A DNA stretch of 64,000 nt, taken from assembly GCA_964658305.1 (NCBI GenBank), contig OZ210885.1:15500001-15564000 (forward strand). Reading direction: 5' to 3'. Source of the stretch: Leptogorgia sarmentosa (Eukaryota). The notes below the pieces were generated by a model. The model was not told the DNA's origin, did not search any database, and saw only the letters and a list, made by a program, of their open reading frames with translations. Position numbers and translations under genes: made by a program. Positions 25,138 to 38,101 of the stretch are shown here, one piece after another (the stretch's first letter is position 1; every line of letters starts with the position of its first letter).

Positions 25138-25846
25138 TAGCTTCCTTGAGTATTAATCTTAACAGTGGCCCTTTCTGTTTGCAATGATGGCATATTCGTT
25201 CTAAAAGGATTGTAAAAAAATAGTAATTACAGCATTAATATTCGAGCTGCAAGGTGTCAATTAGTTGGTGCAATCATACTGATATTTCAAATCCTTTGTT
25301 TGAAGGATGTATATAATCTTTCAGGTAATTAATCGTATAGTTTTATTTACAGTTATGCTAACATTACCGTCATTAAATGTCTGGCCGACCTGGTTTTCGT
25401 CGAAGGCGTCTTTTTCTAAGTCGAAGAAATGAGCTGTGTTATACATGGCTACAGTTTTATTTTTCGGTAGGTTTCATTTCTAAATTGGCATTTCCGCACA
25501 GGATGCTTGTCAGTAGCAATGGAGTTTATCACTTGCTCGTATAAGGAAATGCCTTTGAAACATGTTGGTACGTTGTGTCATATCAATATGGCGAATGACC
25601 ATTATCTTAATCATGTATCTCATACCAAACAACACCGCGACAAGAATATGTTTTATTCAATACTATTTTTTCTGTGCAGTTGAATAAATTTGCTGGCAGA
25701 AAATTACATGTATTTATGTGATTCAATATACCTTTGCGATCGTTCTGTTCTGCCATCCAGGTTTTGAACAATTCGAACACTGTTAAAATTAATATTGCAT
25801 GTGAATGGAATCACTGTGCTCGCACGTATTGGTAATGACATAAAAG

Positions 25847-28800
25847 CAGGGCCGTAGCGAGGAAGTTTAAGCAGGGGGGGTGTGAGTATAAAATGTGCCG
25901 ACAAAATGTGGTTTGGGTGTGGTTCTCCTGTCGAAGGCTGGATCCGAGCGCCGTTTGCGTGAGGAATATCGAGGGTTTGGGGGCATGCTCCCCCAGAAAA
26001 TTTTTAAATCTGCGGTCTGTGAAATGCCATTTTTTTACTTGAAGGGATGATTTTGGAGACTTCTGACGGTCAGAAAACAATATTTTAACACATTTAAATT
26101 TGTTGTTTAGCATGATATATTAATTAAACTGGGTTTTCCCATTTGGATCATTGACTTTGGAAGCACCCGGGACTGCCCGGTCCGAGCACATAGTAGTTAG
26201 GCCATTTAATTTCTGCTATAATTTCACAGCACAACATATCTTAACGTTGACATATATTACGAGAGTTTTGGTGGACTTATAAGTCAAGAAGAATTAATAA
26301 CATTGCATTTAACTTGTTATAATGTTAGTATTTTAACTAAAGGTCAAGTACTGTTATTTCATATTTGACAGTTGGGTTTGGCCATTTGGAATATATTGTA
26401 AGAAAAGACGCACTTAAAAAATCACCCTATATACAAAGTTATGTATATAGTATATTCTTCGAGATTTAAGTTCCACCCATTTGGCTGCGATTGCATCAAT
26501 GTCAATGGTATTTGTAATATCTTTTTCGCAAGAAATAAGCATCAGCGATTCCAATCGTTGTTCCTTCATTGACGTTCTTAGGTATGTTTTGATTAGTTTG
26601 AGCCTGCTGAATGTTCGCTCATCCTTGGCCACTGTCACAGGCGCCGTCAAGAGAAGTCTGTACGCTTTGTTGGTAAGTGGGAAAGCTGATTTGAAATCTT
26701 CAGAGAGTTTGGCCACTTTAGCGACGGTATCCAGCTTCTCTTTTGTCTGACGTTCGTGTGTCAGAGCATGACTTACAAAGTTGCCAAATTCTGCATAAAA
26801 AACAAAAGGATCCACTGGAATGTTTGAGGGAAAGAGGCTAACAAGTTCTTGGACATCCTTAAAGTCCAGATGCTTTAGTGGTGGTTGCAACACAGTTGCA
26901 AGTGGCTTAACCGCCTCAAAGCACTGAATTAAATTTTCTCCCAACTGAACAATTTGCGTTTCGAGCACGGATTTGAATTCACGCCTGTAAAACTGCATCA
27001 TTGTTAGCGTCGCTTGCGAGTCGGGGTTGGCATCGATCCTTCTTGGTGGTCTTCTCACGCGATGTTTACGATTGAATTCTGCTTCTGGTCGTTCTGGATC
27101 ACCGCCTAGCTTGCCTGCATACGCAATACCGGCATGAATTTCATCATCCATGGCATGAGATTCTTCGTTGATTCTCTTGAGACTATCAATGGTCGCCATG
27201 ATAATCGTCATAGCATCGAGGATGTTTAATTCTTCCTCTTGTAATGCTTCGGTCATCTGCTTTGTTTTCCACATGATATTCTTCATAAACATTATCGACA
27301 AAATGAAATCTATTGACATCATTTTATCATAAAGGCCTTTCGCTGCCACTTTCGTGGTGTTGTCAAAGTCACCAGAATTCTGAATGGCGGATAAAGCGTT
27401 TATTATCAATTCGTAGCTTGTCCAAACTGCACATATAGATTCTGCTCGATTTGTCCACCTTGTCTTTGACAGATTTCTCAGCTTTAAGGCGTTCTCCACT
27501 CCCTTGATGTTTTCTTCCAACTCTCCATGCCTAAGATGAGGATAAATATTAGATCAAAAGTAGAATTATTTAGGAGACACTTTAAGAAATGTTTCCATTT
27601 TATTAAGTTTTATTCACAAGCAGAACTAAACATAAATTACAGAAATAATTAGTAATTATTAGTTACGGATCCTACCGTTTAGTACTGCTCGAAAAAAATA
27701 CGTATAAACTTTCAAGGATATTGAACATTTCTTTCACGATAACACTTGCGTCGCAGCTGTGTTCCACAACTGTATTTGTTCTGTGACCTTGACAAGGAAC
27801 GTATGGAATGTTTTGATTCAATTTCTCCTGAAGCTTTTGTTGAGCGCCATTGAATTGACCAGACATTGAGGCAGTGAAATCATATGACTGGAAACAAAGC
27901 TCGTTTGTGTTCAACGCATGACTGTTCAATGCTGTGATGATTTCATCAGCAGTTCCGGCGCCCGTCTTGGATGTAGTGCTCTTTATGCACATAAATCGTT
28001 CTTTTGCGTCACCGTCTTCGTTTACATATCTACACACCACTGCCAACTGATCTTTTCTAGACAGATCAGGGGTAGTATCTGCAGAAACACCAAACATCTT
28101 CGCATCCTTTATTTCCTTCACTACTTGACGTCGGACATCTTCTGCTAGTAACTGAATCATTTCATTCTGTGATTCTGGCGACATGTATGTGACATGATAT
28201 GAGCGTGATCGCTTGCTTTCTATCCACCTTTGAAGCAAAGGACAGTGCCTTGAAACCAGTCTTACGATCTGACAAAAGTTCCTGTCCTCTTCCTTTCCAT
28301 CACCTCGAAATGCCATGTTTTGATGGGCCAGTGTTCTGACAATGTCAAGCAAGATTTTGATAACTTCCTTATTTTCCTGTTTGTCTTTTGCTTCTTGAAT
28401 TTTGGCATTTCGTACAGCTTTGTCAAGCATCACATCTATGTGGCCTAAAGGGTAACAAAAGCTAACATATGCGCTTAAAGCCTCTTTGTGACTTTCCAAA
28501 CTGAAATGCTCTGCAAGTTTTCCTTTTTTTGCTGTTCCTCTGCTTTTCATCTTCTCCCATGCTGAAACACCGGTTTCACACCAAGCAGGATCCTGTCCTT
28601 CTTTATGGAACAAGGAGCAGATAAAACAAAACGCTGCATCTTTCGATACGCTATATTCAAGGTGCGCATATTCTTCATACCAGCTCGCGCTAAACTGTCT
28701 TTGTTTTGAAGCTGGGATGTTTTGCCTGGGCGGAAACGTAGCCAGTTTTGGTTGTTGTGGGCCTTGCATAATAAGGTATTTTATCTGATTGGCACTCAAT

Positions 28801-30292
28801 TTATGACATCTTTGGCCAGGATCTCTACTTGGCAATGTTGTACATTCTTCTGTTTCAATCACGTCACCAGCCTGCTCTTCGTATCGTTGCAAAGCATTTT
28901 CTGATACGTTTAAAAGTATGGTGGCATTGCTTGGATTTTGTTGGCTATAGTAACACTTCGTGAAAGGAATTCGTTTATGTTGAGGCAGGTTGATGTTTTG
29001 CACTCCAGCGATAAAGCATTTGCTTCCTCTAAATCGCCGAGTAGATACGCAATTGCGCCTGCACAGGTTAGCCAGGTGTCTTCTGATTTTTCGTTCTTAA
29101 AAAATGCGACATAAAGTAAGTACTCGAAATAAATAAAAATGAAAAAAAATGCTAATTTTGCATTAGGAACAGTTTACCTCATTGTCACAACTTCCCTCCA
29201 AAACAACTGTCTCTTGAAATTGTGAAGATGCCTGTTCACATTCTATGAACGAGGGCAAAGATACTGGTTGCCTTGGTTCTTTCTCTGTCTCTGAGACTGG
29301 CTGGTTAACTATGCTTTCTTCCTCCTTAGAGAGATAAGAACAATTGCAATAGCCAATGAGTTTTTACATGCTCTTACAGATTCCATCCATACATCGCAAG
29401 AATATGTGATAAATATTATTTCTATATTAAAAAAAGAACGAGCATATGTGTTCGGTGTTGCCTTACCTCAGACTGTTTTTCAATTTCCGTATTGACATTG
29501 CCATCATCTTCACTCGGCCTCGGGACATTTCCTTCTCTGCTTTCAGCATTATCAGGCAAGTCTTGGACTTGAGGACTCAGCTGTTTTTGGCAGTGGCCAT
29601 GATCAGCCTACATACAGAGTACAGTACAGAGTACAGTAATACAAACATAAAACATAATATACAGTTATCTGAAAATGCTACCTTTAGTACTTTTAAATTA
29701 AATGTAATACTTCGAGGCAAAAATCACTGATTTAAATCACGTACACGTTACAGGCTTCAGAAAAATCATTAATGACCAAAAATAGAAACCAAGAAATTAG
29801 CGAATTACAGTAAAAATTACAAAAATCTGAGAGTGGTGAGTAACCTAGAAATGATCACATCAAAATGTGAAAAAAATCGCATGATTCTCCCCTAGCCTTA
29901 GGTAAAAATTTAATAAATATAATGGCAAAAAACAAGTACTATATCTATATATATACCTGCAGGCTTTGCTTCCTTTTAGCTGCTTCAGTGGATGGTATTT
30001 TTTATTGTGTTCCACTCTGTAGTCGTCGTCGAACGTTCTTTGACACAATAAACATTTAATTTTATGCCTTTTTCTTTTTCTTGAAGCTGAAATGCCACTC
30101 ATTTTACTGTTTTTACACTTTTATACTGCTTTCAAAAATCAAAAAAGATTCACGCATGATTGACTAATGCAAATCAGTGATCTATAGTACCTATCATAGT
30201 ACCTATTGTTTTTCATTTGCCGACAAGTCTTTCATTTGCCGAAAACGTTTTTTTCAGGGGGGTGTCACACCCCCCCAGTCGCGACGGCCCTG
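25847..30292 (-). mobile_element. hAT DNA transposon, full length (4.4 kb)
   Basis: TIR CAGGGCCGTAGCGA / TCGCGACGGCCCTG (13 of 14 match); 8-bp TSD CATAAAAG at 25839-25846 and 30293-30300. Confidence 0.95.
26414..30102 (-). CDS. hAT transposase (ZMYM1/PRKRIR-like), multi-exon; intactness not established
   Basis: TTF finger FCFICSLF, ADTTPD, SYDFTASMSG, CQGHRTN, TRW, PVTVAKDERTFSRLK; intron at ~27533-27675. Confidence 0.8.
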
Positions 30293-30717
30293 CATAAAAG
30301 GACTTGAAGTTCACATGCCTTTCCGTTTGAGTTGAAGACTAATTCTCATATCACACCTTTGCTTCAAAATGGCAAAAACACGGCAGTGTATAAAAATATT
30401 AAGGACAAGCAATACATTCTTGGAATTATCATTGAAATATGTATAATATATTGCAAAATGAAAAATCTATGGCTAGAATGAAGTGAGAAAAAGACTTGAA
30501 ATTTAACATGCACATTCCTCAGAAACGCATCATATTACATCAATGTTCAAAGTAAAAAAACGCATTGATACGATTCGGTCCCCAGGCCAAGCTATACATT
30601 GTATGATATATCAGTGTTTTCTGAATAACATATGTGAAAATAAAAAAATTCTATAGAATAGGTAATGAAAAAAAGGACTTGAAGTTCACTTGCCTTTCCG
30701 TTTGAGTTGAAGACTAA
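30293..30717. repeat. Tandem duplication, unit about 375 bp (copy 2 continues at 38233-38489)
   Basis: 30301-30599 matches 30676-30717 plus 38233-38489; GGTAATGA at both 25831 and 30661. Confidence 0.85.
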
Positions 30718-30890
30718 GGCCTGGGTCAAACGTCGCTCTTCTCATGCGCCGAACCTAATACAATTAAATTCGACTTTAACGCGACGTTGGAGCGGCTAAA
30801 GCTTCCCTAATAGGTCGCTCTTAATCAATAAATTCGTTTTACATGAAGTATTTACGGCGGACGCATTGGCGGGAAAAATAAAAAAATAAG

Positions 30891-32204
30891 ATGTCGCCTG
30901 CCCTTTGTCGGAGAATTTGGTTAAGGCGAATAATTGCGAGAGAACGTAACAAGCGCCGGAAACTATTAAATACAAGTATTGTCTTAGCCGTATCTAGTAG
31001 ACGACTTATTCTCGAGGCGTATTTGTTAGCCACTGTTACTTCACTGTGGTGTTTAAACTCGAAATCACGGAACCGGTCATGCAAGCGACTTCTGAGAAAC
31101 ACCGGCTGGTGGTTACTTGTTTGGAATACGTATTCCAATGAACGATTCAAAAAAACGTTTTGTGTGTCCAGAAACACTTTTAATTACATTCTTTCTCGTA
31201 TTCGCCATAAACTGGAGCGCAAAACAATTTCAGAAGATCCCGTTTCCCCCGAATGTCGCTTAGGAATATGTTTGTACCGTCTCGGGAGAGGAGACTATTT
31301 TTATACAATAGCAGAGATGGTTGGCCTTGGACGATCCACAGTATCCACAATTGTTGGCGAGGTAACAGAAGCGATTGTTACGTGCATGTGGAAAGAATGT
31401 GTTACTGCATATATGCCGGTCACTGAAGAAAATTTCAAGAAGAAGATACTGGATATGGAAGAATTTTGGCAGTTTCCATTCAGTTGGGGCGCGGTGGATG
31501 GCTGCTACATACCAATCAAATGCCCTGCAGGGGGAGCGGAATCAATGAAAGAATACCACAATTTTAAAAACTTCTATTCCATCGTCCTAATGGCTGTTGT
31601 AGATGCGAAGTATAGGTTTGTGTGGGGAAGTTGTGGCTTTCCTGGCAATTCACACGACTCAGTAATACTGCAATCTACATCACTTTGGGCCAACATCAAA
31701 GAAGGAATATTTTCGCCAAACTTCAGTCAGTTGGAGCAAGGTATCTACGTGCCACCATTGCTTTTGGCTGATTCAGCATTCCCGATGGAGGCATGTTTAA
31801 TGAAGCCATACACTAACGCAATTTTAACAAAGGAACAAAGATACTTTAATTACCGTTTAAGTCGAGCTAGAATGGTGGTTGAGGGGACTTATGGGCAGTT
31901 GAAGGGTCGGTGGAGATTTTTGCTCAGAAAATCTGAAAGCAACCATTTTGAAGTCAAAATGGCTACACTGGCATGCATGGTCCTTCACAACGTTTGCTTA
32001 GAACAAGGAGATACCTTACCTGCCAAACTAGATTTGACAATTGATCCACTGACTAGTGAGAAAAGAGATCGAGCTACAATTCGAGATATTTTATTGATGA
32101 AGTCACGTGGCAAATCGATGAATCCAAACTCAAAACAAGCCGAAAAAGTGAGAGTGACAATCAGCAAAAAATTGATGAAAGAATTGAACAACACATGTGA
32201 ATAA
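30891..32204 (+). CDS. Harbinger (HARBI1-like) DDE transposase
   Basis: Uninterrupted 437-aa ORF; GAVDGCYIPI, YHNFKNFYS, PGNSHDS, ADSAFP, RARMVVEGTYGQLKGRWR. Confidence 0.9.
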   Translation: MSPALCRRIWLRRIIARERNKRRKLLNTSIVLAVSSRRLILEAYLLATVTSLWCLNSKSRNRSCKRLLRNTGWWLLVWNTYSNERFKKTFCVSRNTFNYILSRIRHKLERKTISEDPVSPECRLGICLYRLGRGDYFYTIAEMVGLGRSTVSTIVGEVTEAIVTCMWKECVTAYMPVTEENFKKKILDMEEFWQFPFSWGAVDGCYIPIKCPAGGAESMKEYHNFKNFYSIVLMAVVDAKYRFVWGSCGFPGNSHDSVILQSTSLWANIKEGIFSPNFSQLEQGIYVPPLLLADSAFPMEACLMKPYTNAILTKEQRYFNYRLSRARMVVEGTYGQLKGRWRFLLRKSESNHFEVKMATLACMVLHNVCLEQGDTLPAKLDLTIDPLTSEKRDRATIRDILLMKSRGKSMNPNSKQAEKVRVTISKKLMKELNNTCE

Positions 32205-32740
32205 CATCTTTATTGTAAACTGTCATTTTAACAAACTGCAACATTGTTTTAAGAATAATTGTACATCGCTGGCTTAGCAGTAACCCTGGGTTGATGTTTA
32301 ATCTATGTATTTTTGTCTCTGTAAATCCAAATCCAAACATCCGTTCAGTACCATTGATCTAAACATGGATCCCAGGCGCGTAGCCAGCCCTACAAGAGTG
32401 GGGGGGTCCATTCGTCCAGTAGACAAGTACAAATATATTCTGCTTAGAAAAACTTCCGAACCGTCTATCTATTTCATGCATTTTAGGATGCTGTTAATAT
32501 AAACAAATGTTTTGAGATCACAATGCTGATTAGAATACATAAAAAACGTGAAGATTTCTATTTTTCATTTTTTCCTATTTGTAACAATCATAATATATAT
32601 AGCCCTTTCAAAAACTGGAACGTGGTATAAGTGGTGTATATCTCTACATAGCGCTATTGACTGTTGAAAAAACCCTTCACAATGTTCTTTTAAGTATGAG
32701 TGTACATGGGAATAACTACAACTGCTTTTCTAGGTTTAGC

Positions 32741-33637
32741 CATAGGCAGCCCAGGGATTTGGGGTTTTATTTATGTTAACTAAGGTTGAATAGGACTATT
32801 TCAACTATTTCATCATTCTTAGTTGTTTATATGCGTGCGCCGACAATACGGTCACTCGCGTATGTAATTAATAGTTATAATAATTGACAAGGTTGGCAAC
32901 TAAATTCACATTCATATACACATGCCTACACACAATCGAAAAATACACAAAATACATCCAAAAATGCAATAAAGCAATTACAAAATACGAAACTAGGATA
33001 ATTTTTCTACATTATCACCAAGTTTGGTGAACATACGTCGCTTCTAAGGCATTTAAAATACGGAATGTTTTTCATATTTTCTTCAAAATGTTCGTGAGAC
33101 CATGCTGGATGCCAGGTCTGCGATATTCAAATGACGAATTCGCAATCACATTGGCTGCTTTCGCAATCTCATTGGCTGCTCGGGAAAATGCGTTGAAGAT
33201 TCACGTTTGTTTTTCCCGAGCAGCCAATGAGTTTGCGAATTCGTCATTTGAATATCGCAGACCTGGCATCCAGCATGGTCTCACGAACATTTTGAAGAAA
33301 ATATGAAAAACATTCCGTATTTTAAATGCCTTAGAAGCGACGTATGTTCACCAAACTTGGTGATAATGTAGAAAAATTATCCTAGTTTCGTATTTTGTAA
33401 TTGCTTTATTGCATTTTTGGATGTATTTTGTGTATTTTTCGATTGTGTGTAGGCATGTGTATATGAATGTGAATTTAGTTGCCAACCTTGTCAATTATTA
33501 TAACTATTAATTACATACGCGAGTGACCGTATTGTCGGCGCACGCATATAAACAACTAAGAATGATGAAATAGTTGAAATAGTCCTATTCAACCTTAGTT
33601 AACATAAATAAAACCCCAAATCCCTGGGCTGCCTATG
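32741..33637. mobile_element. Foldback MITE, P-superfamily-like ends
   Basis: Inverted arms of about 400 bp (32741-33144 vs 33233-33637); CATAG..CTATG termini; 7-bp TSD GTTTAGC. Confidence 0.85.
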
Positions 33638-33692
33638 GTTTAGCTAGCAGAAGTTGCATGGAGCTTCACTCAACAACATTATTAAAATGCTT

Positions 33693-36280
33693 TTAAAGGA
33701 CAAGTTTTCTCGGTTTAAGTGCAAAAACGTCAACAAGCGAATCTAACCTAATATCTTCTGCCACGTCTCTTTCGCTACTTATCAAAACTAAGCTCTCTAG
33801 TCGACCCTCATCCATGGTTGCCCGCATATAGTTGTTGACAATTTTGACTTTGCTGTGGCACCTCTCACAGGAAGCAATTGTAACAGGAATTGTTGCTGCA
33901 ATACATATTAACCTGTGCAAATTTGGATATAAGCTAGCAAGATCACTTTTGCCAAATATTTTTAAAATTAAAGGTAAGTAAGGATTCTTCCATCCTTTTT
34001 TTCTCCGTTCCTCCATTTCTTCAATCAAATCACGCAGATACCTAGAACCTTTTAACAAGGTGTATTCTCGACAGGTCGCTTCCTCTGGGATACTGTATCT
34101 TTTTGCCAGTTTTCTAACATTTTCTATATTCCCCTCATTCCAATGTGTGGGATTAAAAGCGGAGAGTTGAACCAGTACTTCGCATGATTCTGTGGAAAAT
34201 CGTCTTCGCAGTTCGCTCAAGAGCAGATCGAGAAGAGGATAGTAGAATTCGGTGCGAAATTTAGATTGTGCCGTCACTGGTGTGTTGGATTCTGGTGCCG
34301 CATCAATAATATGATGGCTGAATGCTGCATCAAGCAAAGTTTGTCCATCCTGCAAACGATGTGGCAAGCTTCTGCGACGCTTGCTCCCTAAATTTTTAAA
34401 AGAATCTTCAATACCAAAGTCAATTGCTTTTAATTTAGCAGCATCTACAAACTTCTTCAATTCCTCCTCATTCCGTAAGGAAGAAAATGTATCAATAAGC
34501 GTCGTTACTGCGTCCACAGCTGTAACCAAGTCCATTTCCTCTCGTTGAAGGTATTCTGATAAATACCTTGAAAGTTCAAAACACTCCTTTAGGATCAAAA
34601 CCTGCAGCAGAAACTCGAATGAACCAATTCTAACAAGAAGGCCTTCACAAGTGGTATCATTTGATTGAAGGTCTTTTAACGTGGCAATAAGGGCTGGTAA
34701 AGTATTTATTGTAGCGGCAAGATTATCAGCTTTTGCTGTCCAACGTGTATCTGAAAACGCATGAAGAGCAGTTCGTCCACTATTTATAGAAAGACGGTTT
34801 AGATTTGCTTCATAAACCGCATTTCGCTTTGGTGACCCCTCCATTATTTTGTACACAGAACCAATTGTTGAAAAAACATCTTTAACTGCAGGCAAAGTTT
34901 CAGCACATTTCTCAAGGACTAGATTGAGGCAGTGGGCAAAGCAATGAAAGTATAAGGAAAGAGTTGCTCCTGCATCTGTGAGTTGTTGCTGCATCCCTTT
35001 ATCATTCCCTGACATATTACTGGCGCCATCAAAACCTTTTCCAATCATGTTTCCCAGTGGTATCTTCAATTCACCCAGTACCTCAACAAGGACATCACAT
35101 AATGATTTTCCTGTTAAGCTAATCACCTGTTTGAGGCCAACCACACGTTCGTAAATAATATTGTCAAATACGTAACGCAATACAATTGACATATACGAGT
35201 GCTTGTGACTGGTCACTTCATCACATTCTACTGAGTAGTATTTGCTTTCATTAACTTGCATCTTTATAACATCTAGTATTTTGTTTGCTAATATTTCAAT
35301 CATTTCGTTCTGAATATCAGGACTAAGCCAAGAAACGTTTCCAGGATGATTCTCTAACCATTTTTTTATTGGAGGATAGTATTTTGCAAGAAACTTCACT
35401 TCTTCTAGAAACTTGCCTTGGTTGAAAGAGCTATTGCTTTCATCATGGCCCCTGAAAGCCTCATTTTGAAGAGCGATATGTCTCACCACGTCAAAAATTA
35501 CTTCTGCAATATTCCTGTTTTCTTTTCTTTCAAGTTCTCTCTTGGATAGATTTTCAGCTGCTACAGCAGAAATTTGAGCATCTATAGGCACACATGTTTT
35601 TCTCAATATGGCCCTTTCTTTACTCAAACTGTGCATTCTTGACTGGAAGTGTCTTTCAAACTTTCCCTCTTTTCCAACTGCTTTTTTCCAGTTTCTGTAC
35701 CCTTCTTTCACAAATGTTGTTTCTGAGCACCCCACTATGAAATAAGACAAATTAGACAATGATGCTCGAAAATCACATCCCATGGGCCAACTTCTGCTGT
35801 AAATCATCACTGCCCAAATGAGCACACTGACACAGTAACATTTCTAAGTTGTTATAGGTTGTAGATCCACAAACATTTCATGTGGCCAGTGTAGGTAGTG
35901 GATCCATACCCGAGATAAAGCGCCTCAGCCCCTCAAGGCCATAAAGCCTTTGCTCAAAACGTCAAATCTTATTGTGTTTAGGTAGTGATGGTGATACCGT
36001 AATACTCCATTTCATTGTAAACAAAAGCACAGAAATACTTACCTTGAGTCCCAAATAAGCTACAGTAAAAGCAAAAAACTGCGTCTTTCTGTAATGAATA
36101 CTCAATCCAGTCGTGTAAGTCGTACCATTTTTCTTGAAATCGTAATGATTTTCCTCCAAATGTGGACTTCGGGAAATCTAATTTGGGCCTAACTGGTCCG
36201 AGTAAAAGAACGCGTTCAATATCTGCGCTTGATTGTCTTGATTCGGTTGCAGGATCACGGGACAGGCTATGAAATTCCAT
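33693..36280 (-). CDS. hAT transposase (ZMYM1-like), two exons, apparently intact
   Basis: Exon 36280-~36043 (WIEYS..FCFYC) with GTAAGT donor; exon ~35735-33693 with ECDEVT, GFDGASNMSG, HCFAHCLNL, TRW, SCERCHS. Confidence 0.85.
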
Positions 36281-36819
36281 TCAAAAATCACTCATGCATA
36301 TCATTTTTCTCCCATTTGAAAATTATTTATAAAATTTCAATTTTAGTGCATGTTATACTTCATGTAAGTGCGTCGAACGTACATCAATGTGATAATGATG
36401 CCTGAAAAAAATCGTCAGAACGTTGTTGCAACTTGCAAGTCCAAAATACCGACATTAAAATTCCAACACTTTGGGGCGATTCGAAAAATATATTCGATAT
36501 TTCTTGTCCTCACACCCGGCTGCCCCCCCCCCCCCCACCATTTCTACCCGGTTTTAAACGAATTGCGAAAATTGTTTTTAGTAAAAGTGGGGGGGTCCGG
36601 ACCCCCCCATTCCCCCCCGTGGCTACGCCCCTGATGGATCCAAAGGAATATCTCTAAACTTATATGAACAGGAGTTTTTTAAAAAAAATACATTAACCCA
36701 GGTTTAAGCTTAGCAGCTTTTAAACAATTGCCTGAAGTAACAGAACATGAAATTCATTTTCAACAAAAAACTGGCATGTTAGTTCAAAACTCAACAGCTA
36801 CTTTAAGGGGTATACTTAT

Positions 36820-38101
36820 CTATAGTTTGAAGAAAGTTCTATCACTGTCATCACTGGGATGCATATAGACAGGAGTGGTTGAGTTAAAAGGGGGCCCATA
36901 AGGTGATTGCATGGGTTGTTGTTGGTATACATTTGTTTGTGATGTTTGGGGTTGACTTGTCAAAAAAAGTTGCATCATTTTCAATTCGTGTTGTCTTGAC
37001 TTTTCTGACTCTTCACGTAAAAATTCCAGATATTCTTTCATATTATCTTTTTCTGACATTTTTTTCACAGCTCCCAAGATCTCTTTCAAATTATCATCTG
37101 ATTTTCTTTTTCGTGATGCATTCTTCACAGGTACAAACAACGCTGGTTGTTTATCACATTCAGTGTGATTGGATCTTGAAGATGAAGGTATCATAGAATT
37201 TTCTAGTGCTTCAGTTCCTGATTCATCCAGAGTTGATGGTTCAATGGCCTGCCAGGGCTGGCAAGAATCACGGGTCTTGACCAAGGAATATAATTGGTTG
37301 AACCAGGGTCCATAGCCTTTTTCTTCTTCTACTCGTTTTATACCTGTAGCCGTCTTTACTGTGAGTGCAATTTTCTTGCATTCAGCGATTGCTTTTTAAC
37401 TTCGTACGTAATTGTACACCAGTAAATGGTACCTCTTCTTCTCTCTTGCTTCCACGCGCCTTCAACTCCTTCAGAATTTTTTCATAAACTTCTGCATTTT
37501 TTTGATTCTTTACATTCGTGAAAATCAGTCTAGTTTTATAATATTCATTGTTCACTATTATATCCACAAGATCACCAAATAGACTATCCGACCACATTGC
37601 CTTTCGCCCAGGTTTCATTTTCCCTTTTTTTTTCTTCGAGAGTGCAGTCGCTTTACCATCTGATTTTGTATGTTCATCATCAGAACTCTCCGAATCGAAG
37701 ATGAATGAATTACCCCTTTCTTCTTCTCTAAATACAAAATGTCAAATTTAATATTATCACAATACAACTACAGGTTCATAATCAAATTCAAATAATGATT
37801 GTACTGCGATGATATACACACAACAAAGCATGACAATCTAGCTGTAAATTTTAAATAAATAATAGGTTGGTGTGAATTGTAACCTTGCATTTTCAGCACC
37901 ATCTTCGTTGACATTTGAGGCAGAGTTATTTGACTTATCGAAGCAATTTTCGCAATATGCCACGCATCTTCCAACAATCCATCCTTTTTTTTCGTCGTCT
38001 GCCTCCAGGAACGAACACAAATTGCAAGATGGCAAACCACAATTTAAGCAAATATACTTTGTGTCTCTGAAGCACGAAACACACGCTCCGTTCACCGCCA
38101 T
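36820..38101 (-). pseudogene. Harbinger Myb/SANT-like DNA-binding protein (frameshifted)
   Basis: W..LVDII..LIFTN..Y..I...QLRTKLK, then GYGPWFNQL; Cys-rich first exon 38101-~37858; convergent with the transposase. Confidence 0.75.

Larger units (their letters stand above)
32373..36633 (-). mobile_element. hAT DNA transposon nested in the Harbinger
   Basis: TIR CAGGCGCGTAGCCA / TGGCTACGCCCCTG; 8-bp TSD ATGGATCC at 32365-32372 and 36634-36641. Confidence 0.95.
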
